A stretch of DNA of 64,000 nucleotides, taken from contig JANOTT010000061.1 of the NCBI GenBank assembly GCA_031416535.1, positions 30 to 64,029 on the forward strand, read 5' to 3'. This DNA is from Novosphingobium sp. Its GTDB lineage: Bacteria; Pseudomonadota; Alphaproteobacteria; Sphingomonadales; Sphingomonadaceae. A program made the position numbers and the translations under genes. How positions within the stretch are numbered: the first letter of the stretch is position 1; each line of letters opens with the position of its first letter. Of this stretch, positions 28,346 to 38,506 are shown piece by piece. Under the pieces are notes generated by a model, which ran no database searches, was not told the origin of the DNA, and saw nothing but the letters and a program-made list of their open reading frames with translations.

Positions 28346-29032
28346 TCAATCCAGCCAAAGCGGGGCCTTCACCGTTTCGAGAAAGGCGGCATGTGCCGCC
28401 AGCTCGGCCTCGCTTGGCCGATGCGGGCGGGCGGGGCGGAACAAGCGTTGGCGCTGGAGCAGGCCGGGGGCAGACGCCCCGCCCTCCGCGCCGCGTTCGG
28501 CCGCCAGACTCAACCCGATCTGGCGCCCGCCGGTCAGCTCGACATAAACCTGCGCGAGCAGCTCGGCGTCAAGCAGCGCGCCATGACGCGTGCGGTGACT
28601 GCGATCGATCCCATAACGGGTGCACAGCGCGTCGAGCGACAGCTTGGCCCCGGGGTGGCGCACCCGCGCCAGTTGCACTGTATCGATCATCCGCTCACGG
28701 CCCAGGTGCGGTAGTCCACACATCTCGAGCTCGGAATTGACGAAGCCGAAGTCGAACCCGGCATTGTGTGCAACCAACATCGAATCGCCGAGGAATTCGA
28801 GCATATCGTGGGCGCGTTCGTGGAACCGGGGTTTGTCCGAGAGAAAGGTGATCGAGAGTCCGTGCACCGCTTCAGCCGCCGCGGGCATATCGCGATCGGG
28901 ATGGAAATAAGCGTGAAAGGTGGCGCCGGTCGGCACCCGGTTGACCATTTCGATGCAGCCGATTTCGACCAGCCGGTCACCGCTTTTGGGATCAAGTCCG
29001 GTGGTTTCGGTGTCGAAGATAATCTCGCGCAT
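28346..29032 (-). CDS. dnaQ: DNA polymerase III epsilon subunit
   Basis: FDTETTGL, VAHNAGFD, HGALLDAELL. Confidence 0.96.
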   Translation of the reverse strand: MREIIFDTETTGLDPKSGDRLVEIGCIEMVNRVPTGATFHAYFHPDRDMPAAAEAVHGLSITFLSDKPRFHERAHDMLEFLGDSMLVAHNAGFDFGFVNSELEMCGLPHLGRERMIDTVQLARVRHPGAKLSLDALCTRYGIDRSHRTRHGALLDAELLAQVYVELTGGRQIGLSLAAERGAEGGASAPGLLQRQRLFRPARPHRPSEAELAAHAAFLETVKAPLWLD

Positions 29033-29082
29033 CGTCCCTTCGATATCAGCTTAACGGGCGCGGGTTACAAGGGGGCAGCACG

Positions 29083-29682
29083 CTATTTTTGAACTCGGGT
29101 CAGCGCGTGCACCAGCCGCTGTACCGCATGGCGGGTTTCCGCCAGTGAGACCCCGGTATCAAGCACATGGTCGGCGCGCGCGCGCTTGTCGGCATCGGAC
29201 ACTTGCAGGCCCAAAATCTGCGCAAACTTCGCCTCGCTCATCCCGGGCCGGGCGAGAACGCGATCACGCTGCATGGCGGCCGGGGCCGAGACCACCGCCA
29301 CCGCATCAAGCCCGTGCGGGCTGCCCTTTTCGTAAAGCAACGGGATGTCGAACACGATCAGCGGGGCCGCGATGTGTTCGGCCAGAAAAACCTGGCGCAG
29401 TTCGCCGACCGCCGGGTGAACAATCGCTTCCAGCCGCTTGAGCGCCGCAGGATCGCCGAATACTGCCGCGCCGAGTTTCTGCCGGTCGACCCCGTGCGCA
29501 CCGGTCGTACCGGGAAACGCTTGCTCGATCACGGCAAGCAGCGCGCCCTGCGGTCCCTGCAATTCGTGCACCGCGGCGTCGGCATCGAATACCGGCACGC
29601 CAGCTTCGCGAAACATCGCCGCGACCGCCGATTTGCCCATGCCGATCGAGCCGGTCAGGCCCAAGATAAAAGGTTTGCTCAT
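29083..29682 (-). CDS. coaE: Dephospho-CoA kinase
   Basis: GLTGSIGMGKS, DADAAVH, FDIPLLYE. Confidence 0.96.
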   Translation of the reverse strand: MSKPFILGLTGSIGMGKSAVAAMFREAGVPVFDADAAVHELQGPQGALLAVIEQAFPGTTGAHGVDRQKLGAAVFGDPAALKRLEAIVHPAVGELRQVFLAEHIAAPLIVFDIPLLYEKGSPHGLDAVAVVSAPAAMQRDRVLARPGMSEAKFAQILGLQVSDADKRARADHVLDTGVSLAETRHAVQRLVHALTRVQK

Positions 29683-30530
29683 CGGGTCAGCAAGCTGCGC
29701 AGTTCAATGTCATGCTGGCGCGGAGCCGGTTCGCCGAAGAACATTTCGAACGCCGCTGCGGCCTGTCCGATCAGCATGGCGAAGCCGTCAATCGTCGAAA
29801 ATCCAGCGCCGCGCGCGGCTTTGAGCAGCGGAGTCTCAAGCGGGTGCGTGACAATGTCGTAGACCACGCTGCCCGGCGGAATATGGCTGAGATCGAGGTC
29901 TAATGGTGGCTGCCCGGCCATCCCCAGCGGACTGGCATTGACCACCAGATCGAACAGCTGAGTGCGGTCGTCGAAGGCAAAGTCGGTCGGATGCGCAAAG
30001 TGGTCCAGCGGGGGCGTGTGATGCTCACCACGCGGGGCCAATTCATTCAGCAATTCCCGTGCTTTGCCGGGATCGCGCGCGGCCAGAACCAGCGTGAAAC
30101 CCTGATCGGCCAGCGCCGTCACAATCGCCCGCGCGGCTCCGCCGGCCCCGAAAACCCGCGCCATTCGGACCAAATGCGGCTCAGCCAGCAGCGTTTTCAA
30201 CGGTTCGAGGAACCCCGGCACGTCGGTGTTGAACCCGCGCAGCAGGCCGTCAGGACCGCGCACTACGGTGTTGACTGCACCCACCCGGGCGGCGCGCGGA
30301 TCGAGCCCAGCCAACAGCGGCATGACCGCCTGTTTGTGCGGCATGGTCACGTTGCAGCCGCGCCAATCGGGATCGGTGCGGCGCGCGGTGAAATAGTCGG
30401 CCAGGCCATCAGCGGTGACATGGCACGCCCGGTAGTCCGCCGCGATCCCCAACTGTCCCAACCAGAACTTGTGGATCGCAGGCGACTTCGATTGTGCGAT
30501 CGGATCGCCGATCACTTCGGCGTAGATCAT
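29679..30530 (-). CDS. aroE: Shikimate dehydrogenase
   Basis: [35 protein letters not shown]. Confidence 0.95.
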   Translation of the reverse strand: MIYAEVIGDPIAQSKSPAIHKFWLGQLGIAADYRACHVTADGLADYFTARRTDPDWRGCNVTMPHKQAVMPLLAGLDPRAARVGAVNTVVRGPDGLLRGFNTDVPGFLEPLKTLLAEPHLVRMARVFGAGGAARAIVTALADQGFTLVLAARDPGKARELLNELAPRGEHHTPPLDHFAHPTDFAFDDRTQLFDLVVNASPLGMAGQPPLDLDLSHIPPGSVVYDIVTHPLETPLLKAARGAGFSTIDGFAMLIGQAAAAFEMFFGEPAPRQHDIELRSLLTR

Positions 30531-31114
30531 CGCGGCAACTCCCCGTGCTCGCGCAAGGCAGACAGGACCGCCAGCAAGGGCATCCCCAGCACGGTGAAGT
30601 GGCTGCCCGCGATCTGCTCGAACAGCTGGACCCCCAGCGCCTCGATCCGGAACACCCCGACGCAGCCTGCCACCGCCGGCCATTCGGCGGCCAGGTAGCT
30701 GCCGATAAATTCATCCGACAAGGTGCGGACCTTGAGCACCGCCACTTCGCCATGCCGCCACCGCACCTGCCCGTCACGCACCAGCGCGGCGGCGCTGTGC
30801 AGTTCCATCGACTGGCCCGAGAAGGCGCGCAAATGCTTCGCCGCGTCGGCCCGGCTGGCGGGTTTATCGAACCGCCGCCCAGCCACCTCGACCAGCGAAT
30901 CGCTGCCCAGCACCAGCGCCCCGGGCCGCGCTGCGCTGACCGCCAGCGCTTTGGCCTCGGCCAGCGCCAGCGCCACCGCGCCCGCGCTGGCCCCGGTCAG
31001 TCCGGCCTCCAACGCGCGTTCGTCGATTGCTGCCGGGACCGCTTGGTAAACTACCCCAGCGGCATCAAGCATCGCGCGGCGTGAGGCGCTGTGCGAGGCG
31101 AGCACCAAGGTCAT
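30527..31114 (-). CDS. maf: Maf nucleotide pyrophosphatase
   Basis: [31 protein letters not shown]. Confidence 0.93.
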   Translation of the reverse strand: MTLVLASHSASRRAMLDAAGVVYQAVPAAIDERALEAGLTGASAGAVALALAEAKALAVSAARPGALVLGSDSLVEVAGRRFDKPASRADAAKHLRAFSGQSMELHSAAALVRDGQVRWRHGEVAVLKVRTLSDEFIGSYLAAEWPAVAGCVGVFRIEALGVQLFEQIAGSHFTVLGMPLLAVLSALREHGELPR

Positions 31115-31953
31115 GCCGCGCCGCCGCTGGCTGGATCGACGCGCGCCGCCTGGAATTCGTTATAGAGGTTGATGATTGCCGCCGCCGCCTCCTCGATCGA
31201 GCGCCGGGTCACGTCGATCACCGGCCAGCCGTTGTCGGCAAACATCCGCCGTGCGTACTGCACTTCGCGCGCCACTCGCTCGTCGTCGACATAAGCCGTT
31301 TCGGGGGCCTGGCCCAGCGACAGCAGCCGGTTACGCCGCACCTGCACCAGCCGCTCGGGCGCGGTGGTCAGCCCGACCACCAGCGGATGCCGCAGCCCGA
31401 ACAACAGCGAGGGCGGCGGGCTTTCGATCACGATCGGGATATTGGCGACCTTGTAGCCGCGGTTGGCGAGGTAGATGCTGGTCGGGGTCTTCGAGCTGCG
31501 CGATACCCCCGCGAGCACGATGTCGGCCGCTTCCCAGTTTTCCCAGCCAACCCCATCATCGTGCGCAATCGTATAATGGATCGCATCGACCCGGGCAAAA
31601 TACGCCTCGTCCATCGCGTGCTGGCGGCCCGGCCGCGCCTCGGGGTGCTGACCCAGCGCCGCCTCGAGCGCCGCGACCGCCGCATCGAGCACCGGCACCA
31701 CCGGCAGCCCCAGCGTGCGGCAATGTTCTTCCAGGCGTCCGCGCGTATCGGCATTGACCAGCGTGTAAAACACCAGGCCCGGATTGGCCGCGATCTCGCC
31801 CATGATCCGGTCGAGGTGCTGCTGCGAGCGGACCATCGGCCAGAAGTGGCGCACCACGTCGGCGCCTTCGAACTGCGCCAGCGCGGCCTTGGCCAGCATC
31901 TCGAGCGTTTCGCCGGTCGAGTCCGAGAGGAGATGAAGATGGAGGCGCGACAT
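31111..31953 (-). CDS. PEP synthase/PPDK regulatory kinase-phosphotransferase (DUF299)
   Basis: [40 protein letters not shown]. Confidence 0.93.
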   Translation of the reverse strand: MSRLHLHLLSDSTGETLEMLAKAALAQFEGADVVRHFWPMVRSQQHLDRIMGEIAANPGLVFYTLVNADTRGRLEEHCRTLGLPVVPVLDAAVAALEAALGQHPEARPGRQHAMDEAYFARVDAIHYTIAHDDGVGWENWEAADIVLAGVSRSSKTPTSIYLANRGYKVANIPIVIESPPPSLLFGLRHPLVVGLTTAPERLVQVRRNRLLSLGQAPETAYVDDERVAREVQYARRMFADNGWPVIDVTRRSIEEAAAAIINLYNEFQAARVDPASGGAA

Positions 31954-32274
31954 GCGGGTAAGCGGGCCAGCAGGCTGTGGATGATTGGCGGCATAAACCA
32001 CGGGAGGAGAGGGCTTACAAGTTCGGGATGGAATTCTGCCCCCGCTAACGGCGTCCCGATCGGCAGCTTGTGGACAGGTGGATAGACCTACCCACAGGCT
32101 GGGGATAGCGGGCAAAAGGCGTGCTTGACGCCGCGCCCGCACGATTCGGACCAACCCGGGGACTGTTCACGCCGGGAGAATTCCGGCATGCGCGGCCAAT
32201 CCCCGCTTTCCACAGGGCCAACTACAACAGAATCCTTTTAAGACTCTAATATGATTTGAATTGGAATCGCTGCG
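31954..32274. other. oriC: Probable chromosomal replication origin (oriC)
   Basis: DUF299/hemE divergent interval, as for the Caulobacter Cori. DnaA-box-like 9-mers at 31976, 32069, 32077, 32088, 32100, 32206. AT-rich 32220-32268. GANTC at 32143, 32230, 32242, 32264. Local gene orientation diverges here. Confidence 0.85.
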
Positions 32275-33300
32275 ATGCCCGGTTTACTGCTCGATACATT
32301 GCGCGGCGCCAACGTCCGGCCCAGGCCTGCGTGGCTGATGCGCCAGGCCGGGCGCTACTTGCCCGAATACCGTGCCCTGCGCGCTGAAAAGGGCGGATTT
32401 CTGCCGCTGGTGTATGATAGCGCCGCCGCCGCCGAGATTACCCTGCAGCCGATCCGGCGCTATGGTCTGGACGGGGCAATCCTGTTTTCGGACATCCTGA
32501 TCGTGCCGTATGCGATGGGGCAGGAGCTTGAATTCCTGGTCGGCGAAGGCCCGCGGCTTTCACCTCGGCTGGTCGATGCGGCGCTCGCGAGCCTGCACGC
32601 GGTGCCGTCGCGGTTGAGCCCGATTTACGAGACGGTCAAACTGGTCAAGGGCGCGCTCCCGGCAGACAAGACCATGCTGGGCTTTGCCGGTAGCCCGTGG
32701 ACCGTGGCGACGTACATGGTGGCCGGCGAAGGCAGCCGCGACCAGCACGATACCCGCGCCATGGCCTACCGCGATCCCCCGGCCTTCCAGGCGATCATCG
32801 ATGCGATTACCGCGGTGACGATCGAATATCTGGGCGGGCAGATCATCGCCGGCGCCGAAGCGGTGCAATTGTTCGACAGCTGGGCCGGCAGTCTGGCTCC
32901 GAGAGAATTCGAACGCTGGGTAATCGCCCCGAATGCCAACATCGTGGCAGCGCTGGCTGCGCGCTTCCCGCACATTCCGGTAATCGGTTTTCCCAAGGGC
33001 GCAGGCGAAAAACTGCCCGCCTATGCGCGTGAAACCGGGGTGGCTGCACTGGGCCTGGACGAGACCATCGACCCGCTGTGGGCGGCGCGTACGCTGCCTG
33101 AGGGGCTGCCAGTGCAGGGCAACCTGGATCCGCTGCTGCTGATCGCTGGCGGGGCTGAACTGGAGCGGCAGACATTGCGCATTCTTGCAGCTTTTGCCGA
33201 TCGTCCGCATGTGTTTAACCTGGGCCACGGGATCGGGCAGACCACGCCGCTCGAACATGTCGGCGAATTGCTGTCAGTAGTGCGCGGGTGGCGCGGATAA
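32275..33300 (+). CDS. hemE: Uroporphyrinogen decarboxylase
   Basis: WLMRQAGRYLPEY, ILFSDIL, GFAGSPWT, QLFDSW, QGNLDP, FNLGHG. Confidence 0.97.
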   Translation: MPGLLLDTLRGANVRPRPAWLMRQAGRYLPEYRALRAEKGGFLPLVYDSAAAAEITLQPIRRYGLDGAILFSDILIVPYAMGQELEFLVGEGPRLSPRLVDAALASLHAVPSRLSPIYETVKLVKGALPADKTMLGFAGSPWTVATYMVAGEGSRDQHDTRAMAYRDPPAFQAIIDAITAVTIEYLGGQIIAGAEAVQLFDSWAGSLAPREFERWVIAPNANIVAALAARFPHIPVIGFPKGAGEKLPAYARETGVAALGLDETIDPLWAARTLPEGLPVQGNLDPLLLIAGGAELERQTLRILAAFADRPHVFNLGHGIGQTTPLEHVGELLSVVRGWRG

Positions 33301-33314
33301 GCTATGAGGCAGCA

Positions 33315-33758
33315 ATGGAGCGGGTTTTGGCAATGACCTATCTTTGGCTCAAGGCAGGCCATATCATTTTCGTGATCTTCTGGATGGTGGGGCTGTTCAT
33401 GCTGCCGCGGTTCTTCGTCTACCATCAGGAAGCCGCGCCGGGTTCGCCCGAAAATTCCGCCTGGGCCGAACGCGAGGCGCGGCTGCTGCGGATCATCCTG
33501 TGGCCAGCGATGGTGGTAACCTGGGTGCTGGGGCTGGCGCTGGCTTACAGTACCGGCGCATATTTGCAGGGCTGGTTCCATGTGAAGCTGGCGCTGGTGC
33601 TGACGCTGACGGCCTATCACGTCTGGCTGGCGGGCTATCACAAGGTGCTGGCGCGCGGCGAGCGGCGGTTATCGGGCAAACAGCTGCGGCTGCTTAACGA
33701 AGTGCCCGGGATTGCCGCCGCGCTGATCGTGATCATGGTGGTGCTGCGCCCGTTCTGA
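33315..33758 (+). CDS. hemJ: Protoporphyrinogen oxidase HemJ
   Basis: WLKAGHII, LPRFFVYH, WFHVKL, RLLNEVP; between hemE and rho. Confidence 0.92.
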   Translation: MERVLAMTYLWLKAGHIIFVIFWMVGLFMLPRFFVYHQEAAPGSPENSAWAEREARLLRIILWPAMVVTWVLGLALAYSTGAYLQGWFHVKLALVLTLTAYHVWLAGYHKVLARGERRLSGKQLRLLNEVPGIAAALIVIMVVLRPF

Positions 33759-33899
33759 TTGACGCGGCGCGGTCAAGCGCCTAACCGTCATCGCCGACCG
33801 GCAAGGCCAGCGCACCTGTGCGCGGCGCGATCTGCTTTCTCCAAGCCCGATGATCGTCCGGCCATCCCCAGACTGCACATTCACGGAACTGACACGCAC

Positions 33900-35156
33900 A
33901 TGCATCTCAAAGATCTCAAGAAGAAAACTTCCGCCGAGCTGGTCGAAATGGCCGAAGAGCTGGGGGTTGAAAGCGCCTCGACCATGCGCCGCCAGGATCT
34001 CATTTTCGCGATCCTCAAGGAAGTGGCCGAGGACGGCGAGGAAATCATCGGTCAGGGTACGATCGAAGTGCTGACCGACGGCTTTGGCTTCCTGCGCAAT
34101 GCCGAGGCCAATTACCTGGCCGGCCCGGATGACATTTACGTTTCGCCAAACCAGGTCCGAAAATGGGGTCTGCGCACTGGCGATACCGTGGAAGGCGAGA
34201 TTCGCGCGCCCAAGGATGGTGAGCGCTATTTCGCGATCATCAAGCTGATGAGCGTCAATTTCGACGATCCCGAAGTGGTCCGCCACCGCGTCAACTTCGA
34301 CAACCTGACCCCGCTCTATCCGGACGAGAAGCTCAACCTCGATACGCTTGATCCCACGGTCAAGGACAAGTCGGCACGGGTAATCGACATCATCTCACCG
34401 CAAGGCAAAGGCCAGCGCGCGCTGATCGTCGCGCCGCCGCGTACCGGCAAGACCGTGCTGCTGCAGAACATCGCCAAGGCGATCACCGACAATCACCCCG
34501 AGGTGTTCCTGATCGTGCTGCTGGTCGACGAACGCCCCGAGGAAGTCACCGACATGCAGCGCAGCGTCAAGGGTGAGGTGATCTCCTCGACCTTCGACGA
34601 GCCCGCCCAGCGCCACGTGCAAGTGGCTGAAATGGTTATTGAAAAGGCCAAGCGGCTGGTCGAACACAAACGCGATGTGGTGATCCTGCTCGATTCGATC
34701 ACGCGGCTGGGCCGGGCTTACAACACCGTGGTGCCAAGCTCGGGCAAAGTGCTGACCGGCGGTGTCGATGCCAACGCTCTGCAGCGCCCCAAGCGCTTTT
34801 TCGGTGCGGCGCGCAATATCGAGGAGGGCGGGTCGCTGTCGATCATTGCCACCGCGCTGATCGATACCGGCAGCCGCATGGACGAAGTGATTTTCGAAGA
34901 GTTCAAGGGCACCGGCAACTCCGAAATCGTGCTCGATCGCAAGGTCTCGGACAAGCGGATCTTCCCCGCGCTCGATGTCGGCAAGTCGGGCACCCGCAAG
35001 GAAGAACTGCTGGTGGCCAAGGACAAGCTCTCCAAAATGTGGGTGCTGCGCCGGATCCTGATGCAGATGGGCACGATCGACGCGATGGAATTCCTGCTCG
35101 ACAAGATGAAGGATTCCAAGACCAACGAAGACTTCTTCGCGACGATGAATCAGTAA
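33900..35156 (+). CDS. rho: Transcription termination factor Rho
   Basis: [47 protein letters not shown]. Confidence 0.99.
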   Translation: MHLKDLKKKTSAELVEMAEELGVESASTMRRQDLIFAILKEVAEDGEEIIGQGTIEVLTDGFGFLRNAEANYLAGPDDIYVSPNQVRKWGLRTGDTVEGEIRAPKDGERYFAIIKLMSVNFDDPEVVRHRVNFDNLTPLYPDEKLNLDTLDPTVKDKSARVIDIISPQGKGQRALIVAPPRTGKTVLLQNIAKAITDNHPEVFLIVLLVDERPEEVTDMQRSVKGEVISSTFDEPAQRHVQVAEMVIEKAKRLVEHKRDVVILLDSITRLGRAYNTVVPSSGKVLTGGVDANALQRPKRFFGAARNIEEGGSLSIIATALIDTGSRMDEVIFEEFKGTGNSEIVLDRKVSDKRIFPALDVGKSGTRKEELLVAKDKLSKMWVLRRILMQMGTIDAMEFLLDKMKDSKTNEDFFATMNQ

Positions 35157-35171
35157 GGCGGGAACCAGTAA

Positions 35172-35717
35172 GTGGCATTGGCTCATCCCCGGCACGCGGT
35201 TCTGACCGGCGCGCCGGGGGCGGGCAAGACCACCTTGCTGGGTGCGGCGGCGGCGGCGGGCTATGCGACCTCGCCCGAAGTTGCGCGGTTGTTGCTCCAG
35301 CAGCCCGGCGGGATGGAACTGCGCGCGGCCGGCCCGCTGGAGTTCGCCGAAGCGATGCTCGAGGCGCATGTCCGCGAATTCGAGCGGCACACAGATCAGG
35401 TCGGCCCGGTGCTGTTCGACCGCGGCTTTCCCGATGTCGCGGGGTTCCTCGATGTTTCAGGGCTGCCGGTGCCCAAGTCGGTCGATGCGGCCTGCCGCCT
35501 GCTTCGGTACCACGGCCCAATCCTGCGCGCCCCGGCCTGGCCGGAAATTTACCAGCAGGACGCCGAGCGGGTTCAGGACTGGGATCAGGCCGTCGCGAGC
35601 GATGCGGCAGTCACCGCAGCGTGGCGGCGCTATGGCTATGAAGTCGTGGATCTGCCGCTGGTCCCGGTTGCGCAAAGGCTGGAATTTCTAGGGATGCAGC
35701 TTCAGCCCGCCGCCTGA
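35172..35717 (+). CDS. Predicted AAA-family ATPase/nucleotide kinase-like
   Basis: LTGAPGAGKTTL, FDRGFPD, PAWPEIY..D.ER. Confidence 0.8.
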   Translation: MALAHPRHAVLTGAPGAGKTTLLGAAAAAGYATSPEVARLLLQQPGGMELRAAGPLEFAEAMLEAHVREFERHTDQVGPVLFDRGFPDVAGFLDVSGLPVPKSVDAACRLLRYHGPILRAPAWPEIYQQDAERVQDWDQAVASDAAVTAAWRRYGYEVVDLPLVPVAQRLEFLGMQLQPAA

Positions 35718-36100
35718 AGCTGCGCCGCCATCAGCTCCCACAGCTTGTTCATGGCCTTCATCGGGCGGACCATAACCTTGAAATCCTTTATCATTCCGGC
35801 ATCGTCGAACGCGATCAGATCAATCCCGTTGACGTGGATGCCGTCCACCTCGTTGGTGAATTCCAGCATCACGTGATTGCCGTCGACCAGCTCGCGGACA
35901 TAGGCAAAACCCTCGCCGCCAAGCACCTGGGCCGCCGCGCCGAGGTAGGCCATGACCTTGACCTTGCCCACCTGCGGGGTGTGCACCACCGGCGAGTGGA
36001 ACACCGCATCGCCCGCCACCATCGCGCCGAGCAGCGTCAGATCGCCGTGGCTCTCCACATATTCGTGCCATTTGGCCAGGCCGTATTCGCCGCCGTTCAT
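35702..36100 (-). CDS. NTF2/SnoaL-like protein
   Basis: DAVFHSPV, GIDLI.FD..G.I.DFKVMVRP. Confidence 0.85.
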   Translation of the reverse strand: MNGGEYGLAKWHEYVESHGDLTLLGAMVAGDAVFHSPVVHTPQVGKVKVMAYLGAAAQVLGGEGFAYVRELVDGNHVMLEFTNEVDGIHVNGIDLIAFDDAGMIKDFKVMVRPMKAMNKLWELMAAQLQAAG

Positions 36101-36792
36101 GCCAGATGCTCCTGCAGGAATGCCGCAGTCCGCCCATCTGCCAGCTGCGCCCCCGCAGCATCGCGCCGAGCCCCGCTTTCGGCGGCAAAGCCGTGGTCGA
36201 GGCCGGGGTAATCGTGCAGCGTAACCCGCGGGTGATCGTCAAACGCGGCGTGGATCGCGGCCTGTTCGGCCGGCCCGACAAAGTGATCGGCGGTCGGGAT
36301 GTGCAGCATCAGCGGCTTGGCGATGTGGTGCGCTTCGTCCAGCAGCTGGTCGATCATCACCCCGTAATAGCCGACTGAGGCATCGGCATCGGTGCGGGCC
36401 GCCGCCATATAGGCGAGCCGCCCGCCGAGGCAGTAGCCGACGCAGCCGACCTTGGCCGTGCCCTGACTGCGCAGCCAGCGGATTGCCGCTTCGATATCGT
36501 AAATGCCCAGATCGGCGTCGTACTGCTGGAAATAGCCGAACGCTTGTTGCAGCTCGGCAGGTATATCGGGATTGAGCTCAACCCCCGGGGCCAAGCGCCA
36601 GAAAATATCCGGCGCGACCGCCAGATAGCCGAGTCCTGCCCAAGTGTCGCACTTCTGGCGGATTCCGGCATTGATGCCGAAGATTTCAGGGATGACCACT
36701 ATGCCAGCGTGCGGGGTACCCGCTGGCCGCGCGACATAGGCCGGGATCGTGCCATCGTCCTTCAATGAAGCGATCTGGGCGGTTTCGGTCAT
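36097..36792 (-). CDS. Dienelactone hydrolase family
   Basis: PEIFGIN, APDIFWR, GYCLGG nucleophile, YPGLDHGF. Confidence 0.92.
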   Translation of the reverse strand: MTETAQIASLKDDGTIPAYVARPAGTPHAGIVVIPEIFGINAGIRQKCDTWAGLGYLAVAPDIFWRLAPGVELNPDIPAELQQAFGYFQQYDADLGIYDIEAAIRWLRSQGTAKVGCVGYCLGGRLAYMAAARTDADASVGYYGVMIDQLLDEAHHIAKPLMLHIPTADHFVGPAEQAAIHAAFDDHPRVTLHDYPGLDHGFAAESGARRDAAGAQLADGRTAAFLQEHLA

Positions 36793-36907
36793 GGCTTGAT
36801 CTCCTGCAGCGATTTGGCGCCATCCTAAGCGCGGCGTGGACTTTGTGAAGGGGCTATGCCAGCTTGCCTGGCCATATCAACTCCGCCACCAGCCAGGAGC
36901 AAGCCCG

Positions 36908-37165
36908 ATGAAAGTTCATGTCGAGATCGAATGCACTCCAGAGGAAGCGCGCAGTTTTCTGGGGCTGCCCGATGTGTCGAAGGCCAACTCGGTCTATGTC
37001 GACATGATCGCCAAGGCGATGAAGGGCGCGGGCAGCGTCGAGCAGATCCAGGATTTCGCCAAGGGTATCGCGCCGATGGGACAAATGGGGATCAAGCTGT
37101 TCCAGCAATTCATGGAAAGCGGCGCGGCGTTTTCGGCGGGGGCGGGCAAGAAAAAGGACGGCTGA
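36908..37165 (+). CDS. DUF6489-like small protein
   Basis: MKVHVEIECTPEEARSFLGLPDV. Confidence 0.75.
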   Translation: MKVHVEIECTPEEARSFLGLPDVSKANSVYVDMIAKAMKGAGSVEQIQDFAKGIAPMGQMGIKLFQQFMESGAAFSAGAGKKKDG

Positions 37166-37187
37166 GCACGCTCAGCCCGCACAGCTT

Positions 37188-38465
37188 ATGAGTGACACCA
37201 TTTTTGCCTTGTCGAGCGGCGCGGCGCCGGCCGCGATTGCGGTGGTACGGGTAAGCGGCCCGCAGGCCGCTGCGGCGATGCGCGCACTGGTCGGGCGCAA
37301 GCTCGCGCCGCGCCATGCCACCAGCGCGGCGCTGCGCGACGCGGCGGGTGGGATAATTGATCATGCGCTGGTGCTGTGGTTGCCCGGACCGCACAGCGCG
37401 ACCGGTGAGGATACGCTCGAACTGCACTGCCACGGCGGCCGCGCGGTGATCGGCGCGGTCGAGGCGGCGCTGGCCAAAATGCCGGGGCTGCGCGCGGCCG
37501 CGCCGGGAGAGTTCACCCGCCGCGGCTTCACCAATGGCAAGATCGATTTGGCGCAGGCCGAGGGACTGGCTGATCTGCTGACCGCTGAAACCGAATTGCA
37601 GCGCCAGTCAGCGATGGCGATGGCGGGCGGCGCGTTTTCGCAGCAGGTTGCGCAGTGGCGTGACACGCTGCTGATGCAATCGGCCACGCTGGAAGCGGTG
37701 CTCGATTTCGGTGATGAGGATGATGTTGCCTTGCTCCCGGCCAACTTCGTCAGTGATCTGGCGGCGCTTGAAGCAGAACTGGCGCTGTGGCTGGCCCGGC
37801 CGCGCGCCGAGCAGCTGCGCGAGGGTTACCGGGTGGTCGTGGCTGGCCCGCCCAATGCCGGAAAAAGTACCCTTTTCAATACCTTGGTTGAGGCTGAGGC
37901 GGCGATTGCCACGCCGATCCCGGGCACCACCCGCGATGTACTGACCCGCCCGGTGACCTATTCGGGGGTGCCGTTCCTGTTCGCTGATACGGCGGGATTG
38001 CATGACGCGGTGGACGACGCGGTGGAAGCGATCGGGATCGAGCGCGCGCTCGAAGCGCTCGACCGCGCCGACCTGGTGCTGTGGCTCGGCCCCGAAGGCA
38101 CGGGGCCACAGGGGGCCTGGGAAATCGCCGCGCAGATCGATCGCAGCGATGCCCTGGCCAAGTCGGCAGCGCGGCACCGCATTTCGGCCAAAACCGGCGC
38201 GGGGATTGCGGCGCTGCGCGATGATCTGATCGCCACCGCGCGCGCCGCTTTGCCGCGACCGGGCGAGGCCGCGCTCAACGAGCGGCAGCACACCCACTTG
38301 CGCCATGCCCAGCGCGCACTGGCAGCGGCGCGGCACGAGCACGATAGCTTGTTGATGGCCGAAGCACTGCGGCTGGCGCGGGTGGCGTTCGATGGCTTGC
38401 TTGGGCGCACCACCACCGAGGATATGCTCGACACGCTGTTCGGACGTTTCTGCATCGGTAAATGA
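37188..38465 (+). CDS. mnmE: tRNA modification GTPase MnmE
   Basis: DTIFALSSG, TGEDTLELHCHGG, GPPNAGKST, GTTRD, DTAG, FCIGK. Confidence 0.97.
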   Translation: MSDTIFALSSGAAPAAIAVVRVSGPQAAAAMRALVGRKLAPRHATSAALRDAAGGIIDHALVLWLPGPHSATGEDTLELHCHGGRAVIGAVEAALAKMPGLRAAAPGEFTRRGFTNGKIDLAQAEGLADLLTAETELQRQSAMAMAGGAFSQQVAQWRDTLLMQSATLEAVLDFGDEDDVALLPANFVSDLAALEAELALWLARPRAEQLREGYRVVVAGPPNAGKSTLFNTLVEAEAAIATPIPGTTRDVLTRPVTYSGVPFLFADTAGLHDAVDDAVEAIGIERALEALDRADLVLWLGPEGTGPQGAWEIAAQIDRSDALAKSAARHRISAKTGAGIAALRDDLIATARAALPRPGEAALNERQHTHLRHAQRALAAARHEHDSLLMAEALRLARVAFDGLLGRTTTEDMLDTLFGRFCIGK

Positions 38466-38466
38466 A

Positions 38467-38482
38467 TGTTCCACGTGGAACA
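38467..38482. other. parS: parS centromere site (intergenic)
   Basis: Perfect palindrome TGTTCCACGTGGAACA between mnmE and mnmG. Confidence 0.9.
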
Positions 38483-38506
38483 CACCTGCGCTAAGGCGCA
38501 GGCAAG

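Noticed and set aside
8770-34620. Other CACGTG cores (near 8773, 12534, 19953, 34614) as extra parS sites
   Set aside because: They lack the flanking TGTT(T/C)..(A/G)AACA arms.
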